A DNA stretch of 64,000 nt from Bryobacterales bacterium (GTDB taxonomy: Bacteria > Acidobacteriota > Terriglobia > Bryobacterales > Bryobacteraceae). How positions within the stretch are numbered: the stretch's first letter is position 1; each line of letters opens with the position of its first letter. The notes beneath the pieces are model-generated. The model made no database searches. It saw nothing but the letters and a program-made list of their open reading frames with translations, and was not told the DNA's origin. The DNA is taken from the NCBI GenBank assembly GCA_003164035.1, contig PLRS01000090.1, forward strand, positions 18,229-82,228. Direction: 5' to 3'. The position numbers were made by a program, and so were the translations under genes. Below, piece by piece: positions 54,395-64,000 of the stretch.

Positions 54395-55414
54395 TTACGT
54401 GCCTACGTAGCGGGCGTAGAGGCTGCGGGCTACGCCGATATCGCCGGTGCCTTTGACGATGGCGCGGCCGTCGGGGAAGATGGTCAGCTCGTAGGGCGCG
54501 GGGAAGAAGCGCAGGGCGAATTCATTGGCGCGCACCTCGCCGAGCGGCTCCAGGCGGGCGCGCAAGTTGGCGAGATCGAGCGGGCGCTCGCGTTCATTGA
54601 TCTGCACGGCGTTGCGGCCGCACAGGACGGCGGGCGGGCGGGGCGAAGGCTTGAGGAACGGAAACCGGCCGAGGGCGCAGGCGGGGCATTCGCTATCGCG
54701 CACGACTTCGACCTGGCGAATGGCGCCGCTCCACACATCCGCGGTGGTGATGACGGCGCGCACCTGGGCGCTGTTGCCGGAGAGGATCTTGAGGGCGTCG
54801 GCCACCTGCAGCGATGCAACGAGGGAAACGACGGCGTTGAGGATGCCGCTGGTTTCGCAGGTGGGCTGGGCGCCCGAGGGTGGATCGGGATAGACGCAGC
54901 GCAGGCATGGTGTGCGGCCGGGGATCACGGGCATGGTCAATCCATAGCTGCCCACGGCGGCGCCATAAAGCCAGGGGATTCCGCGGCTAACGGCGAAATC
55001 GTTGATCAGATAGCGGGTGTCGAAGTTGTCGGTGCCATCGAGGATCAGGTCCACGCCGGCCACTAGTTCGGCGATATTGGAGGCGGTGAGGTCGGCAATG
55101 ATGCCGCGTACCTCGATGGAGGAATTGATGCGGCCGAGGGCGCGGGCGGCGGCGGCGGCTTTGGGGAGGGACTCGGCGGCATCGGCTTCTTCGAACAGCC
55201 ACTGGCGCTGCAGGTTGCCGGGTTCGACGTAATCGCGGTCGATCACGGTGAGGCGCCCGACTCCGGCGCGGGCCAGGGCGGCGGCGTGGAAGCTGCCCAG
55301 GGCACCGGCGCCGACGATGGCGACGTGTGCGTGGAGGAGGGCGTCCTGGCCGTTTTCACCGATGCCGGCGAACAGGATTTGGCGGGAATAGCGCAGCCTT
55401 TCGGCGGGGGTCAT
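54395..55414 (-). CDS. moeB: ThiF/MoeB-family adenylyltransferase (molybdopterin-synthase adenylyltransferase-like)
   Basis: RYSRQILFAGIGENGQ, VGAGALGS, CLRC...CPAC zinc motifs, and the Bacillus-MoeB-like C-terminal domain. Confidence 0.8.
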   Translation of the reverse strand: MTPAERLRYSRQILFAGIGENGQDALLHAHVAIVGAGALGSFHAAALARAGVGRLTVIDRDYVEPGNLQRQWLFEEADAAESLPKAAAAARALGRINSSIEVRGIIADLTASNIAELVAGVDLILDGTDNFDTRYLINDFAVSRGIPWLYGAAVGSYGLTMPVIPGRTPCLRCVYPDPPSGAQPTCETSGILNAVVSLVASLQVADALKILSGNSAQVRAVITTADVWSGAIRQVEVVRDSECPACALGRFPFLKPSPRPPAVLCGRNAVQINERERPLDLANLRARLEPLGEVRANEFALRFFPAPYELTIFPDGRAIVKGTGDIGVARSLYARYVGT

Positions 55415-55529
55415 GTGCCGATGGTAACAAGTGCCGGGAAGATCTTACGCCCCTCGGGCGCAACAGGGTAAAGCATGCCCCACCGGGCAGGCGATGGTAA
55501 CAAAGTTGCTTTGAATCGCTTACGCTATT

Positions 55530-58502
55530 ATGAGTTTGGTGCGCCGCCTGCTTGGGTCGATGCTTCTCGGGTTGTCTTTTATAGTGGTCGCGGTGCCGGC
55601 TGCCGCGCAGATGGCGGCGTTCGAGGGAAAACGGATCGTCACGATCCAGTTCGACCCGGTGAAGCAGCCGCTGGAGGGGTCGGATATCGAGCGGATCCTG
55701 CCACTCAAGAGCGGGCAGCCGCTGACGGCGGAAAATGTTCGCGCCAGCATCGAAAGGCTGTTCGCTACCGGGTGCTACGCCGATATCCAGGTGGACGCGG
55801 AAGCTCATGGCGACGGTGTGGTGGTGCGCTTCCTGACCAAGAACAGTTGGTTTATCGGCCATGTCTTCGTCACCGGCGCGGTCTCCAGCCCGCCCAACGC
55901 GGCGCAGTTGGCCAACGCGGCGCAACTCGAACTGGGACAGCCCTACACCCGGAAGAACCTGGACGAGGCGCTGGCGAATCAGCGCCGGCTGCTGGAATCG
56001 AACGGTTTGTACGACGCCACGATTCAGCCGGTCATTCGCTGGAACGACGACTATCAACAGGTCGAGGTGCATTTCGAGATTTCGAGCGGGCGCCGGGCGC
56101 GCTTCACGACACCGGTGCTGAATGGCGACCTCGAGATGCCGGCCGCGCGTATTATGAAGGCTGCCAAGTTTCGGCGATGGATCATCCATACCTGGAAGCC
56201 GGTGACGGATGCGCGGGTGCGAGACGCGCTCGAGACGATTCGCTCGCTGTACCAAAAGCAGCGGCGTCTGGAGGCCAAGGTATCGATGGAATCGGCGGCG
56301 CACAACGCCGAAGACAACACGGTGAGGCCGACGCTCCAAATCGACGCGGGACCGCGCATCCAGATCCAAACCACGGGCGCCAAGGTTTCGAACGGGAAGT
56401 TATCGGAGTACATACCTGTGTTCGAGGAGCACAGCATCGACAACGACCTGCTGGCGGAAGGAGCGCACAACCTGCAGGATTACTTTCAGTCGGCGGGCTA
56501 TTTCGACGCGGCGGTGAAGGTTCAGCCGGAGACCGTTGCCGATGGGGTGGCGACGATCGACTACGACATTACGCGCGGGCCGGCCCACAAGCTGGTGCGG
56601 ATCGACATTACGGGGAATCGTTATTTCGATACGGAAACCATCCGCGAGCGCCTGTTTCTGCGCACGGCGACGTTTCTGCAGTTCCCGCACGGGCGCTACA
56701 GCCGCAACCTGCTGAGCCGAGACGAGGAGGCGATCTCGAATCTGTACCAGTCCAACGGGTTTCGGGACGTGAAAGTGTCTCACGAAATCCGCGACGGCGA
56801 TGGGGGCAAGGCGGGCAACATGGCGATTACGATCGCGATCGAGGAGGGTCCGCAGTACTTCATCGGCGACCTGGCAGTGGAGGGAATCGAGCACCTCGAC
56901 AAGACCAGGGTGACCGCGCAGCTCAGCTCCATCGCCGGCCAGCCGTTCAGCGAATTCAGCGTGGCGGTGGACCGCGACGCGATTCTGGCTCAATATTTCG
57001 AGAAGGGCTTTCCCAACGCGACCTTCGAGTGGAGTTCCAAACCAGCGGCCAAGCCGCATACCATCGACTTGCAATACGTAGTTCACGAAGGCAGCCAGCA
57101 GTTCGTTCGTCAGGTGCTGTTCAATCCGGACGGACTGCGCCACACCCGGCCCAGCCTCGTGTACCGCAACCTGCAATTGAATCCGGGCGATCCGCTTTCG
57201 CCCACCGCGGTTACCGACACGCAACGCAAGCTGTACGATTTGGGAATTTTCGCGCGCGTGGATACGGCGATCCAGGATCCGGACGGGGAGATCGACGACA
57301 AATACGTGCTGTACGAGCTGGAGGAAGCCAGACGATACTCGTTTTCGTGGGGGGTGGGCGCGGAGTTCGCCCGCATCGGCGGCTGCGAGTATTGCCTGGA
57401 TGCGCCGGCCGGGCAGACCGGCTTTTCGCCGCGGTTTTCGTTCGGCGTCACACGCGAAAACCTGTGGGGCGAGGCCCACACCATCAGCCTGCGCACGCGC
57501 ATTTCGACGCTCGAACAGTTGGGCCTGTTGACTTATAACTGGCCGCGCTTCGACGGCAACCGCAACCTGACGGTTTCCTTCACCGCGCTTTATGAAGCGT
57601 CGCGCGACGTGCGCACCTTCGATTACAAGCGCGAAGAGGGCTCGATGCAGTTGCAGCAGCGGGTGGGCAAATCGCTGCTGTTTCACTATCGTTACACCAA
57701 CCGGCGGGTGAGCGTGAGCAACCTGAAGATCACCCCGGACATCGTGCCGCTCTTATCGCAGCCGGTGCGGCTGGGGCTGCTCGAAGGCGATATGATTCAG
57801 GACCGGCGCGACGATCCGGTGGACCCGCACCGCGGCATCTACAACACGGTGAGCCTGGGAATGGCGGAGCACTTCCTGGGCTCGCAGCGCGACTACGTGA
57901 AGCTGTTGGTCCGCAATTCGACGTACCATCCGCTGGGCAAGCGCTTCGTGCTGGCGCGGAGCACGCAGTTCGGGGAAATCTACTCGTTCGACAACGGGGT
58001 GAACACCGCCGAGGCCATCCCGCTGCCGGAGCGCTTTTTCAGCGGAGGCGACAGTTCGGACCGGGGATTTCCGGAATACCAGGCCGGGCCGCGCGACCCC
58101 GAAACCGGGTTCCCGATCGGCGGTACGGCGCTATTCTTCAATCAGACCGAACTGAGGTTCCCGCTGATCGGCGAGAATATAGGGCTGGTGCTGTTTCACG
58201 ATTTTGGCAACACGTTCAGCAGCCTGGGCGACTTCTCTTTTCGGGTAAGGCAGCACGGCGAGCAGGATTTCGACTACATGGTACACGCGGTGGGTTTCGG
58301 GATTCGCTACCGTACGCCGGTGGGTCCGTTGCGAGCGGATTTCGCCTACAGCATCAACCCGCCGAAATTTTATGGATTCAGCGGCACCGAGCAGGACCTG
58401 GTAAACGCGGGCGTGAATCCCTGCTCGTCGGTGCCGAACTACTGCAACACGCAAAGTGTGAGCCATTTCCAATTCTTTTTCTCGATAGGACAGACGTTTT
58501 GA
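55530..58502 (+). CDS. bamA: Omp85-family outer membrane protein assembly factor
   Basis: Signal peptide, multiple POTRA-like repeats, and a C-terminal barrel ending FFFSIGQTF. Confidence 0.85.
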   Translation: MSLVRRLLGSMLLGLSFIVVAVPAAAQMAAFEGKRIVTIQFDPVKQPLEGSDIERILPLKSGQPLTAENVRASIERLFATGCYADIQVDAEAHGDGVVVRFLTKNSWFIGHVFVTGAVSSPPNAAQLANAAQLELGQPYTRKNLDEALANQRRLLESNGLYDATIQPVIRWNDDYQQVEVHFEISSGRRARFTTPVLNGDLEMPAARIMKAAKFRRWIIHTWKPVTDARVRDALETIRSLYQKQRRLEAKVSMESAAHNAEDNTVRPTLQIDAGPRIQIQTTGAKVSNGKLSEYIPVFEEHSIDNDLLAEGAHNLQDYFQSAGYFDAAVKVQPETVADGVATIDYDITRGPAHKLVRIDITGNRYFDTETIRERLFLRTATFLQFPHGRYSRNLLSRDEEAISNLYQSNGFRDVKVSHEIRDGDGGKAGNMAITIAIEEGPQYFIGDLAVEGIEHLDKTRVTAQLSSIAGQPFSEFSVAVDRDAILAQYFEKGFPNATFEWSSKPAAKPHTIDLQYVVHEGSQQFVRQVLFNPDGLRHTRPSLVYRNLQLNPGDPLSPTAVTDTQRKLYDLGIFARVDTAIQDPDGEIDDKYVLYELEEARRYSFSWGVGAEFARIGGCEYCLDAPAGQTGFSPRFSFGVTRENLWGEAHTISLRTRISTLEQLGLLTYNWPRFDGNRNLTVSFTALYEASRDVRTFDYKREEGSMQLQQRVGKSLLFHYRYTNRRVSVSNLKITPDIVPLLSQPVRLGLLEGDMIQDRRDDPVDPHRGIYNTVSLGMAEHFLGSQRDYVKLLVRNSTYHPLGKRFVLARSTQFGEIYSFDNGVNTAEAIPLPERFFSGGDSSDRGFPEYQAGPRDPETGFPIGGTALFFNQTELRFPLIGENIGLVLFHDFGNTFSSLGDFSFRVRQHGEQDFDYMVHAVGFGIRYRTPVGPLRADFAYSINPPKFYGFSGTEQDLVNAGVNPCSSVPNYCNTQSVSHFQFFFSIGQTF

Positions 58503-58519
58503 AAGAGCGGGGACAAACC

Positions 58520-58610
58520 GTGGGGCAGACCATCGTTCTTTGTGGTCTGCCCTACACCCGTCCTCGCCTTTGCCCGGTGGCAGACCACGAAAAACGATGG
58601 TCTGTCCCAC
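58520..58610. repeat. Family B double-hairpin repeat between bamA and the SurA-like gene
   Basis: GTGGGGCAGACCATCGTTCTTTGTGGTCTGCC ... GGCAGACCACGAAAAACGATGGTCTGTCCCAC. Confidence 0.85.
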
Positions 58611-58612
58611 AA

Positions 58613-59251
58613 TTGCTCCTGGCTCTGCTCGCGCTATTGCCCCTGGCTGCCTCGGCGGCGATTATCGACCGCATTGCGGTTTCGGTTGGGAACCGGGTAG
58701 TGACCACGCTTGACGTGGATCGCGAAATCCGGGTTACGGCGTTTCTCGACGGGCGGAAGCCGGATTTTGGAAAGGCATCGAAGAAGGCCACGGCGGATCG
58801 GCTGGTAGACCAGCAGTTGATCCGCAGCGAACTGGAATACAGCCGTTATCCGGCGCCATCGGCGGCGGAAATCGCGCCGCTGCTGGACGAGTTCAAGAGC
58901 AAGTACTTCGCATCGGACGCGGCCTATCGCCAGGCGCTGGCCGATGCCGGCATTACTGAACAGGCCTTGAAAGACGAGCTGGTTTGGCAGCGCACGCTGC
59001 TTTCCTACATCGAAGTCCGGTTTCAACCCAACATTCAAGTGACCGACGAGGACGTCCGGGATTATTTCGATAAAGTCGTGGCCCCGGCGGCGCGGGTGGC
59101 GCATCCGGACCAAACGCCGTCGATCAATCAATACCGCGGCCAGATGGAACGCACTCTGACCGGGCAGCGCGAGGATGAGCAATTGGACGTCTGGCTAAAG
59201 GACGCGCGCAAACGGACCGCGATCGTCTATCATCCGGAGGCGCTGGAATGA
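58613..59251 (+). CDS. SurA N-terminal-domain-like periplasmic chaperone; start uncertain
   Basis: Signal-like LLLALLALLPLAASAA, then IIDRIAVSVGNRVVTTLDVDREI. There is no in-frame ATG. The TTG at 58613 lies immediately after the repeat. Confidence 0.6.
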   Translation: MLLALLALLPLAASAAIIDRIAVSVGNRVVTTLDVDREIRVTAFLDGRKPDFGKASKKATADRLVDQQLIRSELEYSRYPAPSAAEIAPLLDEFKSKYFASDAAYRQALADAGITEQALKDELVWQRTLLSYIEVRFQPNIQVTDEDVRDYFDKVVAPAARVAHPDQTPSINQYRGQMERTLTGQREDEQLDVWLKDARKRTAIVYHPEALE

Positions 59252-62200
59252 AGCGATTCCGATGGGTGTTTTGGGTGCTGGGCGGCGCGGCGGCGCTATT
59301 GCTGCTGGCGGCGGGCGGCGGGCTGGTGGTGCTGCGCAGCGCGTGGTTCCGGGAAAAGGTCCGGGCACGCATGGTGGAAGCGGTGGAGACGGCTACCGGA
59401 GGGCGTGCCGAGATCGGCCGGTTCGATTTCGATTGGAGCCGGCTCCGCGCCCAGGTGCGCAATTTCACATTGCACGGAACCGAGCCGGCCGACCGGCCGC
59501 CGCTATTCCATGCCGGGTCGGTTTCGGTCGGCCTGCGGCTGGTTTCGATTTGGAACCGCGACGTGGATATCCGCTACCTGGAGGTTGCCGAGCCGCGGAT
59601 TTACCTGATGATTCTGCCCGGCGGACGGACCAACATTCCAGAGCCGAAGGTGAAAAGCCCCGTCAAAAAGGACACCATCGAAACCATACTGGCGCTGGCC
59701 ATCGGCCGCTTCGATCTGACTGGTGGCGAGATCCGGATCGAGAATCGCGGTGCGATGCCGTTCGAGCTCCACGGCGCGAACCTGACCTCCACGCTGCAAT
59801 TCGAGGCAGGCGGGCCGCGCTATCGGGGAACTCTGGCGATCCACCCACTGCTCGTCCAGGCTCCGGGCATAGCCGACACGCCGGTCGCTTTCGATGCAGC
59901 CGTGGCTATGGAGCGGGACCGCATCGCGGTGGAATCGGCGACGCTCGCAACTGGCACGGCGCAGGCGCGGATATCCGGTTCGCTCATCCATCTGGGGGCG
60001 CCGGAGGCCAGTTTCCGCTATGAGGCCCGCATTGCCAACCAGGACGCCGAGCGCATTTTGCGGACTCATTTGCTCGATCGCGGCACGGTGGAGCTTGCCG
60101 GCCAGGGTTCCTGGAGCGATGCGGCCGGGTTTCGGTCCGAAGCCGATCTGAAGGGCTACGGCCTGGAGTATCGCGATTCCACCGTGCGGCTGCGCAACAT
60201 CGAAGTGGCGGGCAAATTACGTGCCGGCGGCGGGCAGGTGGAGTTGAGCGGACTGCGCCTGGCTGGCGGCCTGGCGACGCCGTCCGGCATCGCGCCGGTC
60301 ACCGCGACGGTTGGCTCGGCAACCGTGCGGGGTAGCGACCTGGAGTTGGGCGGGATCGATCTCGCGCTCGCGGGTGGGGAGTTTCAGGGCGACGCCGGTT
60401 TGCGCGGCCTCGACCGCTTCGCGGTTTCCGGAACGCTGGCCGGGTTCGGTGCGCGCCGTGTGGTGGCTCTCTACAGCAAGGCGCCGCTTCCCTGGGATGG
60501 CGTGGCGTCGGGCCAACTGGAAGGCCAGGGCTCGCTGCGGCGCCACACGGACGTGCACGCATCCGCTCAACTCGCCATCGCCCCTGCGCCAGGGAGCGCT
60601 CCGGTTCACGGCACGATTGCGGCGCGCTACGACGCGGCTGGCGGGGTTCTCGACCTGGGCCATTCGACGATCGCGCTGCCAGGTTCGCGAGTCGAATTTT
60701 CCGGCGCACTGGGGCGGGAACTGCGAGTCCACGCCGAAACGCGCGATCTGGCCGATATTCTGCCCGCGCTGGGGGAGAGCCCGGACGATTTTCCGGTGAA
60801 GCTCAACGGCGGGGCGGTCCGGTTCGACGGGGTAGTGCGGGGCAAGCTGTCCAGCCCGCAGTTTTCGGGACACGCCACGGTGGGAGGGTTTTCCTGGAGC
60901 GGCCGGCCGTTCGATTCGTTGACGGCCGACGTGGCTGCATCCGGGGACAACGTCAGCGCGCGGCAGGTGGTGCTGGCCGGCGGCGGCTGGCGCGCCCAGG
61001 GGGATATTGCGTTGGCGCTGAGCGATTGGAAAACCGCCGGTTCCAGCGCGGTGTTCGGCAATCTGGCGCTGCATTCCATGACGCTCTCTGACGCTGCCCG
61101 GCTGCTGGCGCTGGACCAGTTTCCGGTGAGCGGCAGCCTGGACGCCACGGCGCAGATCACCGGAACGATGGGCAACCCGCAGTTGCGCGCCGACGTGGCG
61201 CTGGGCGGCGGCCGTTTCCGCGACGAGCCTTTCGACCTCGTCACCGGCCGGGTGGTCTACACGGCCGGCGCCATCGAATTCGAGGACGGGCGGATCGTCG
61301 CCGGCGCGAAAGAGGTGAAGCTGACGGGCTCCTACGCTTACCCCGCCGGCAAGTGGGATACCGGCACGCTGCGGTTTGCCGCCAGCACCAACGCCATGCC
61401 GGTGGAGCAGATTCAAACCGTCGCCGCGGGGCGGCCCGGGGCGAAAGGCGTGGTTCAGGGTTCGCTTCACGGCGCGGTCGAAATTACCGCGAGGCGAGCC
61501 GGCGAACTGCCGTTTCGCATTCGCGACTTGCACCTGGATTGCGAGATTTCCGGCCTGACCATGGGCGAACAGCGCTTCGGAGACACCCACCTGAAGGCCG
61601 ATTCCATCGACGGCAAACTGACGGCTCACCTGGACTCCGATTTCGCCGGCTCGGTGATCTCGGGCGATGGCTCCTGGCAGCTAGACGGTGAATATCCGGG
61701 CAGCGCTACCATCCGGTTTTCCAAGTTCGATTTCGAACAGCTCAGAAAGTGGACTTTCGAACCCGGTTCGGCCACCGAGAATCTGCAAGGTTCGGCCGAA
61801 GGCTCGCTGCAGGTTACCGGCAACGCTCTCCAGCCGCGGACCGAGCGGGCGCGGCTGGAAGTGCCGCAACTGGCGTTGACGCCCACCGCGAAGTCGGGTT
61901 TGGGCGAGTCGGCGGCGATGCATAACGCCGGGCCCATCGTGGTGACCTACGCCAATTCGGTGGCCACCATCGAGAGCTTCCGCCTGATCGGGAAGAACAC
62001 CGATTTCCGCATCGGCGGCCGTTATGCATTTGACCAGGCAAGCCCGCTGGACTTGCGCGCCGAAGGCCGGGTCGACCTGTCCATCTTACGGGAATTGAAC
62101 CAGGATTTCACCGCCGCCGGGGCCATCACCGCCGCCGCCGCGGTTCGCGGCACGTTAGCCAGTCCGCAAATCGCCGGCCGGGTCGAGTTTCAGAACGCTT

Positions 62201-63336
62201 CGTTCAATGTCGCCGGCGTTCCCAACGGCATTTCGAACGCCAACGGGGCGATCGGATTTTCCGCCGGCCGCGCCTCCATTCAGAGCTTTTCCGGGGAAAC
62301 CGGCGGCGGCAAAATCCGTCTCTCCGGTTTTGCCGCTTACGAAAACGGGCAGCCGATCTTCCGCCTCCACGCCAACCTGGAACAGGTGCGCCTGCGTTAT
62401 CCCGAGGGTGTCAGCACGGTGGCCGACGCCAGCCTGAACCTGACCGGCACCGAGGCGCGCAGCATGCTGTCGGGAACGGTGACGGTGTTGCGCAGCGGCT
62501 TCAATCCGCAGTCCGACTTCAGCTCGGTGATCGCGCAATCCGCCGAGCCGGTGGAGACTCCGGCGGCGCGCACCGGATTTCTTGGCGGCCTCAATTTCGA
62601 CGTGGCGATCAACACCTCGCCCAACGTACAGGTGCGCAGTTCGCTGACCCAGGACCTGGAGGTGACGGGCAACCTGCATCTGCGCGGCACCGCCAGCAAT
62701 CCGGCTCTGCTGGGGCGAATCAACGTATCGCAGGGGCAGGTGGTATTTTTCGGAACCAAGTACAACGTCAGCCAGGGATCGATTTCTTTTTTCAATCCGC
62801 TCAGCGTCGAGCCGATTTTGGATATCGACCTGGATACCAGGGCGCGCGGGATCGATGTCACCTTGAACATCTCCGGTCCGGTCAATAAACTGACGTTGGC
62901 GCCGCGCTCGGATCCGCCGCTGGAATTCAACGAAATCGTGGCGCTGCTGGCCACCGGCCGCACTCCCACCAGCGATCCGGCCTTGCTCTCGCAGCAAAGC
63001 ATCGCGCCGCAGTCGTGGCAGCAGACGGGCGCCTCAGCGCTGCTCGGCCAGGCGATTTCGAGCCCCGTCACGGGCAGGTTGCAGCGTTTCTTCGGGGTCA
63101 GCCAGTTGCGTATCGATCCCAGCCTGCCGGGCCTGGAATATAACCCGCAGGCGCGGCTTACGCTGGAGCAGCAGGTGACGTCGGATATTACCTTCACCTA
63201 CATCACCGACGTCACCAGCAGCAACCCGGAGATCGTCAGCGTGGAATGGGCCTTCAGCAAGAAATGGTCGGCGGTGGCGCAGCGTGAGGAAAACGGCATG
63301 ATCGGCATGGATATATTCTTTAAGAAGCGGTTTTGA
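59248..63336 (+). CDS. tamB: translocation and assembly module protein TamB (AsmA-like, DUF490 C-terminus)
   Basis: N-terminal anchor helix, 1362 aa of beta-rich repeats, and a C-terminal TamB-type end. ATGA overlap with the previous gene. Confidence 0.8.
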   Translation: MKRFRWVFWVLGGAAALLLLAAGGGLVVLRSAWFREKVRARMVEAVETATGGRAEIGRFDFDWSRLRAQVRNFTLHGTEPADRPPLFHAGSVSVGLRLVSIWNRDVDIRYLEVAEPRIYLMILPGGRTNIPEPKVKSPVKKDTIETILALAIGRFDLTGGEIRIENRGAMPFELHGANLTSTLQFEAGGPRYRGTLAIHPLLVQAPGIADTPVAFDAAVAMERDRIAVESATLATGTAQARISGSLIHLGAPEASFRYEARIANQDAERILRTHLLDRGTVELAGQGSWSDAAGFRSEADLKGYGLEYRDSTVRLRNIEVAGKLRAGGGQVELSGLRLAGGLATPSGIAPVTATVGSATVRGSDLELGGIDLALAGGEFQGDAGLRGLDRFAVSGTLAGFGARRVVALYSKAPLPWDGVASGQLEGQGSLRRHTDVHASAQLAIAPAPGSAPVHGTIAARYDAAGGVLDLGHSTIALPGSRVEFSGALGRELRVHAETRDLADILPALGESPDDFPVKLNGGAVRFDGVVRGKLSSPQFSGHATVGGFSWSGRPFDSLTADVAASGDNVSARQVVLAGGGWRAQGDIALALSDWKTAGSSAVFGNLALHSMTLSDAARLLALDQFPVSGSLDATAQITGTMGNPQLRADVALGGGRFRDEPFDLVTGRVVYTAGAIEFEDGRIVAGAKEVKLTGSYAYPAGKWDTGTLRFAASTNAMPVEQIQTVAAGRPGAKGVVQGSLHGAVEITARRAGELPFRIRDLHLDCEISGLTMGEQRFGDTHLKADSIDGKLTAHLDSDFAGSVISGDGSWQLDGEYPGSATIRFSKFDFEQLRKWTFEPGSATENLQGSAEGSLQVTGNALQPRTERARLEVPQLALTPTAKSGLGESAAMHNAGPIVVTYANSVATIESFRLIGKNTDFRIGGRYAFDQASPLDLRAEGRVDLSILRELNQDFTAAGAITAAAAVRGTLASPQIAGRVEFQNASFNVAGVPNGISNANGAIGFSAGRASIQSFSGETGGGKIRLSGFAAYENGQPIFRLHANLEQVRLRYPEGVSTVADASLNLTGTEARSMLSGTVTVLRSGFNPQSDFSSVIAQSAEPVETPAARTGFLGGLNFDVAINTSPNVQVRSSLTQDLEVTGNLHLRGTASNPALLGRINVSQGQVVFFGTKYNVSQGSISFFNPLSVEPILDIDLDTRARGIDVTLNISGPVNKLTLAPRSDPPLEFNEIVALLATGRTPTSDPALLSQQSIAPQSWQQTGASALLGQAISSPVTGRLQRFFGVSQLRIDPSLPGLEYNPQARLTLEQQVTSDITFTYITDVTSSNPEIVSVEWAFSKKWSAVAQREENGMIGMDIFFKKRF

Positions 63337-63385
63337 ATGCAGAGTAAGACCATTGTTTTCCGTGGAGCGGACTCTCAGTCTGCCA

Positions 63386-63412
63386 CGCCGGGACTCGTCC
63401 CGGCGCGTTTTT
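63386..63412 (+). terminator. rho-independent terminator candidate after tamB
   Basis: 8-bp stem CGCCGGGA/TCCCGGCG with loop CTCG, followed by CG then TTTTT. Confidence 0.55.
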
Positions 63413-63544
63413 CGACCCTGCCCCGCAACTCCTCTCAAGTAGGCCCTTGGCCTGCAACGTCCTCCACTCAAACCCCGGGAGGAACCCACTAATCTGTCGT
63501 TCGAAATTGAGCTAACGGCGGCGGGCGCCGCGTGGGTCGCGGGG

Positions 63545-64000
63545 ATGGCCTGGGCGGTGCGCGGGCGGTCGTCTTCGGTATTCGCGCCTTCGGTCTGGCG
63601 CGGCCCGCGCGACCGGCCCATGGTCGCCCTCACCTTCGACGACGGCCCCAGCGAATCCACGCCGCGTATTCTCGACATCCTGGCGCGGCACGGCGTGAAG
63701 GCCACTTTTTTTCAGTGCGGAGCAAACGTGGATCGGCTGCCCGCGGCGGCTCGCGAGGTCCACGCCGCCGGCCACGAGATCGGCAATCACAGTTACAGTC
63801 ATCCGCTGCTTTGTTTTCACGGCCACGAATTTCTGCGCGACGACCTGGCCCGAGCCCAGGCTGCTATCGCGCAACAGACCGGAACCCTGCCCGCCTGGTT
63901 TCGCGCGCCGTACGGAGTCCGCTGGTTCGGGATGCGCGCCGTTCAGCGCCACCTGAACCTGCGCGGCGTCATGTGGAGTGCAATCGGCTATGATTGGAAG
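63545..64000 (+). CDS. polysaccharide deacetylase (NodB homology domain), 3' end outside window
   Basis: This open frame is absent from the ORF track because it has no stop in the window. VALTFDDGP and HEIGNHSYSHP motifs are present. The start is ATG 63545 or an upstream CTG. Confidence 0.75.
   Translation, partial: MAWAVRGRSSSVFAPSVWRGPRDRPMVALTFDDGPSESTPRILDILARHGVKATFFQCGANVDRLPAAAREVHAAGHEIGNHSYSHPLLCFHGHEFLRDDLARAQAAIAQQTGTLPAWFRAPYGVRWFGMRAVQRHLNLRGVMWSAIGYDWK

Noticed and set aside
55415-55529. Direct repeat GATGGTAACAA (two copies about 70 nt apart) in the moeB/bamA divergent promoter region, considered as a possible regulator site or Moco riboswitch.
   Set aside because: There are only two short copies, and I could not recognise any conserved Moco-riboswitch core. 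The evidence is too weak to call.
17347-58610. Whether the recurring palindromic repeats constitute a CRISPR array.
   Set aside because: Copies are dispersed over tens of kb at irregular spacing, occur in both orientations and belong to three different families. No regularly spaced repeat-spacer structure and no cas genes are present.
58499-58612. TTG start at 58499 for the SurA-like gene (250-aa model).
   Set aside because: The extra 38 codons are the translation of the family B repeat (…GQTIVLCGLP…) and overlap the bamA stop. The signal peptide begins only after the repeat.
1-64000. Prophage, integrase, transposase or IS elements.
   Set aside because: No ORF in any frame showed integrase (R…HxxR…Y) or DDE/transposase signatures that I could recognise. 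Mobile DNA in this window appears limited to non-autonomous repeats and the tRNA-fragment scar.

Overview
High-GC bacterial chromosomal window, most likely from an Acidobacteria / Solibacter-like genome. The evidence is a TIGR03437-type 'Solibacter C-terminal' domain and several dispersed families of GC-rich palindromic repeats. I call about 55 protein genes and no rRNA, intact tRNA or CRISPR array.

Content by region:
- 1-2300: an accessory-looking left edge. It holds a TIGR04255-family gene, two coupled unknown genes, an orphan tRNA 3' fragment and a pair of inverted elements.
- 2.3-14.5 kb: a block of secreted hydrolases and carbohydrate-active enzymes, including a decayed S53 peptidase gene.
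- 14.6-22.3 kb: wecB, then the most unusual locus (details below).
- 22.3-28.6 kb: cobalamin riboswitch plus TonB-dependent receptor, then apbE-hemE-hemY.
- 28.4-30.0 kb: a duplication scar around the hemY 3' end.
- 36.5-41.6 kb: the imuA-imuB-dnaE2 mutagenesis cassette, with a palindromic repeat sitting in-frame inside imuB.
- 42.8-44.8 kb, plus three other sites: multiple type II toxin-antitoxin-like pairs.
- 45-55 kb: housekeeping genes (aminotransferase, mscL, DASS transporter, formamidase, DJ-1, dipeptide epimerase, moeB).
- 55.5-63.3 kb: a bamA / SurA-like / tamB envelope operon.

Best candidate for an undescribed system (17.6-22.3 kb): an HPr-kinase-like P-loop kinase, a PF14907-type nucleotidyltransferase, a PqqD/RRE-like domain fused in one ORF to a Tat-like signal, a 43-residue poly-threonine tract and an Ig-like domain, and a two-domain glycosyltransferase. 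I interpret this as a candidate dedicated Thr-directed protein modification system. That reading is inference.

All family assignments come from reading the translations and from memory of family signatures. No searches were run.
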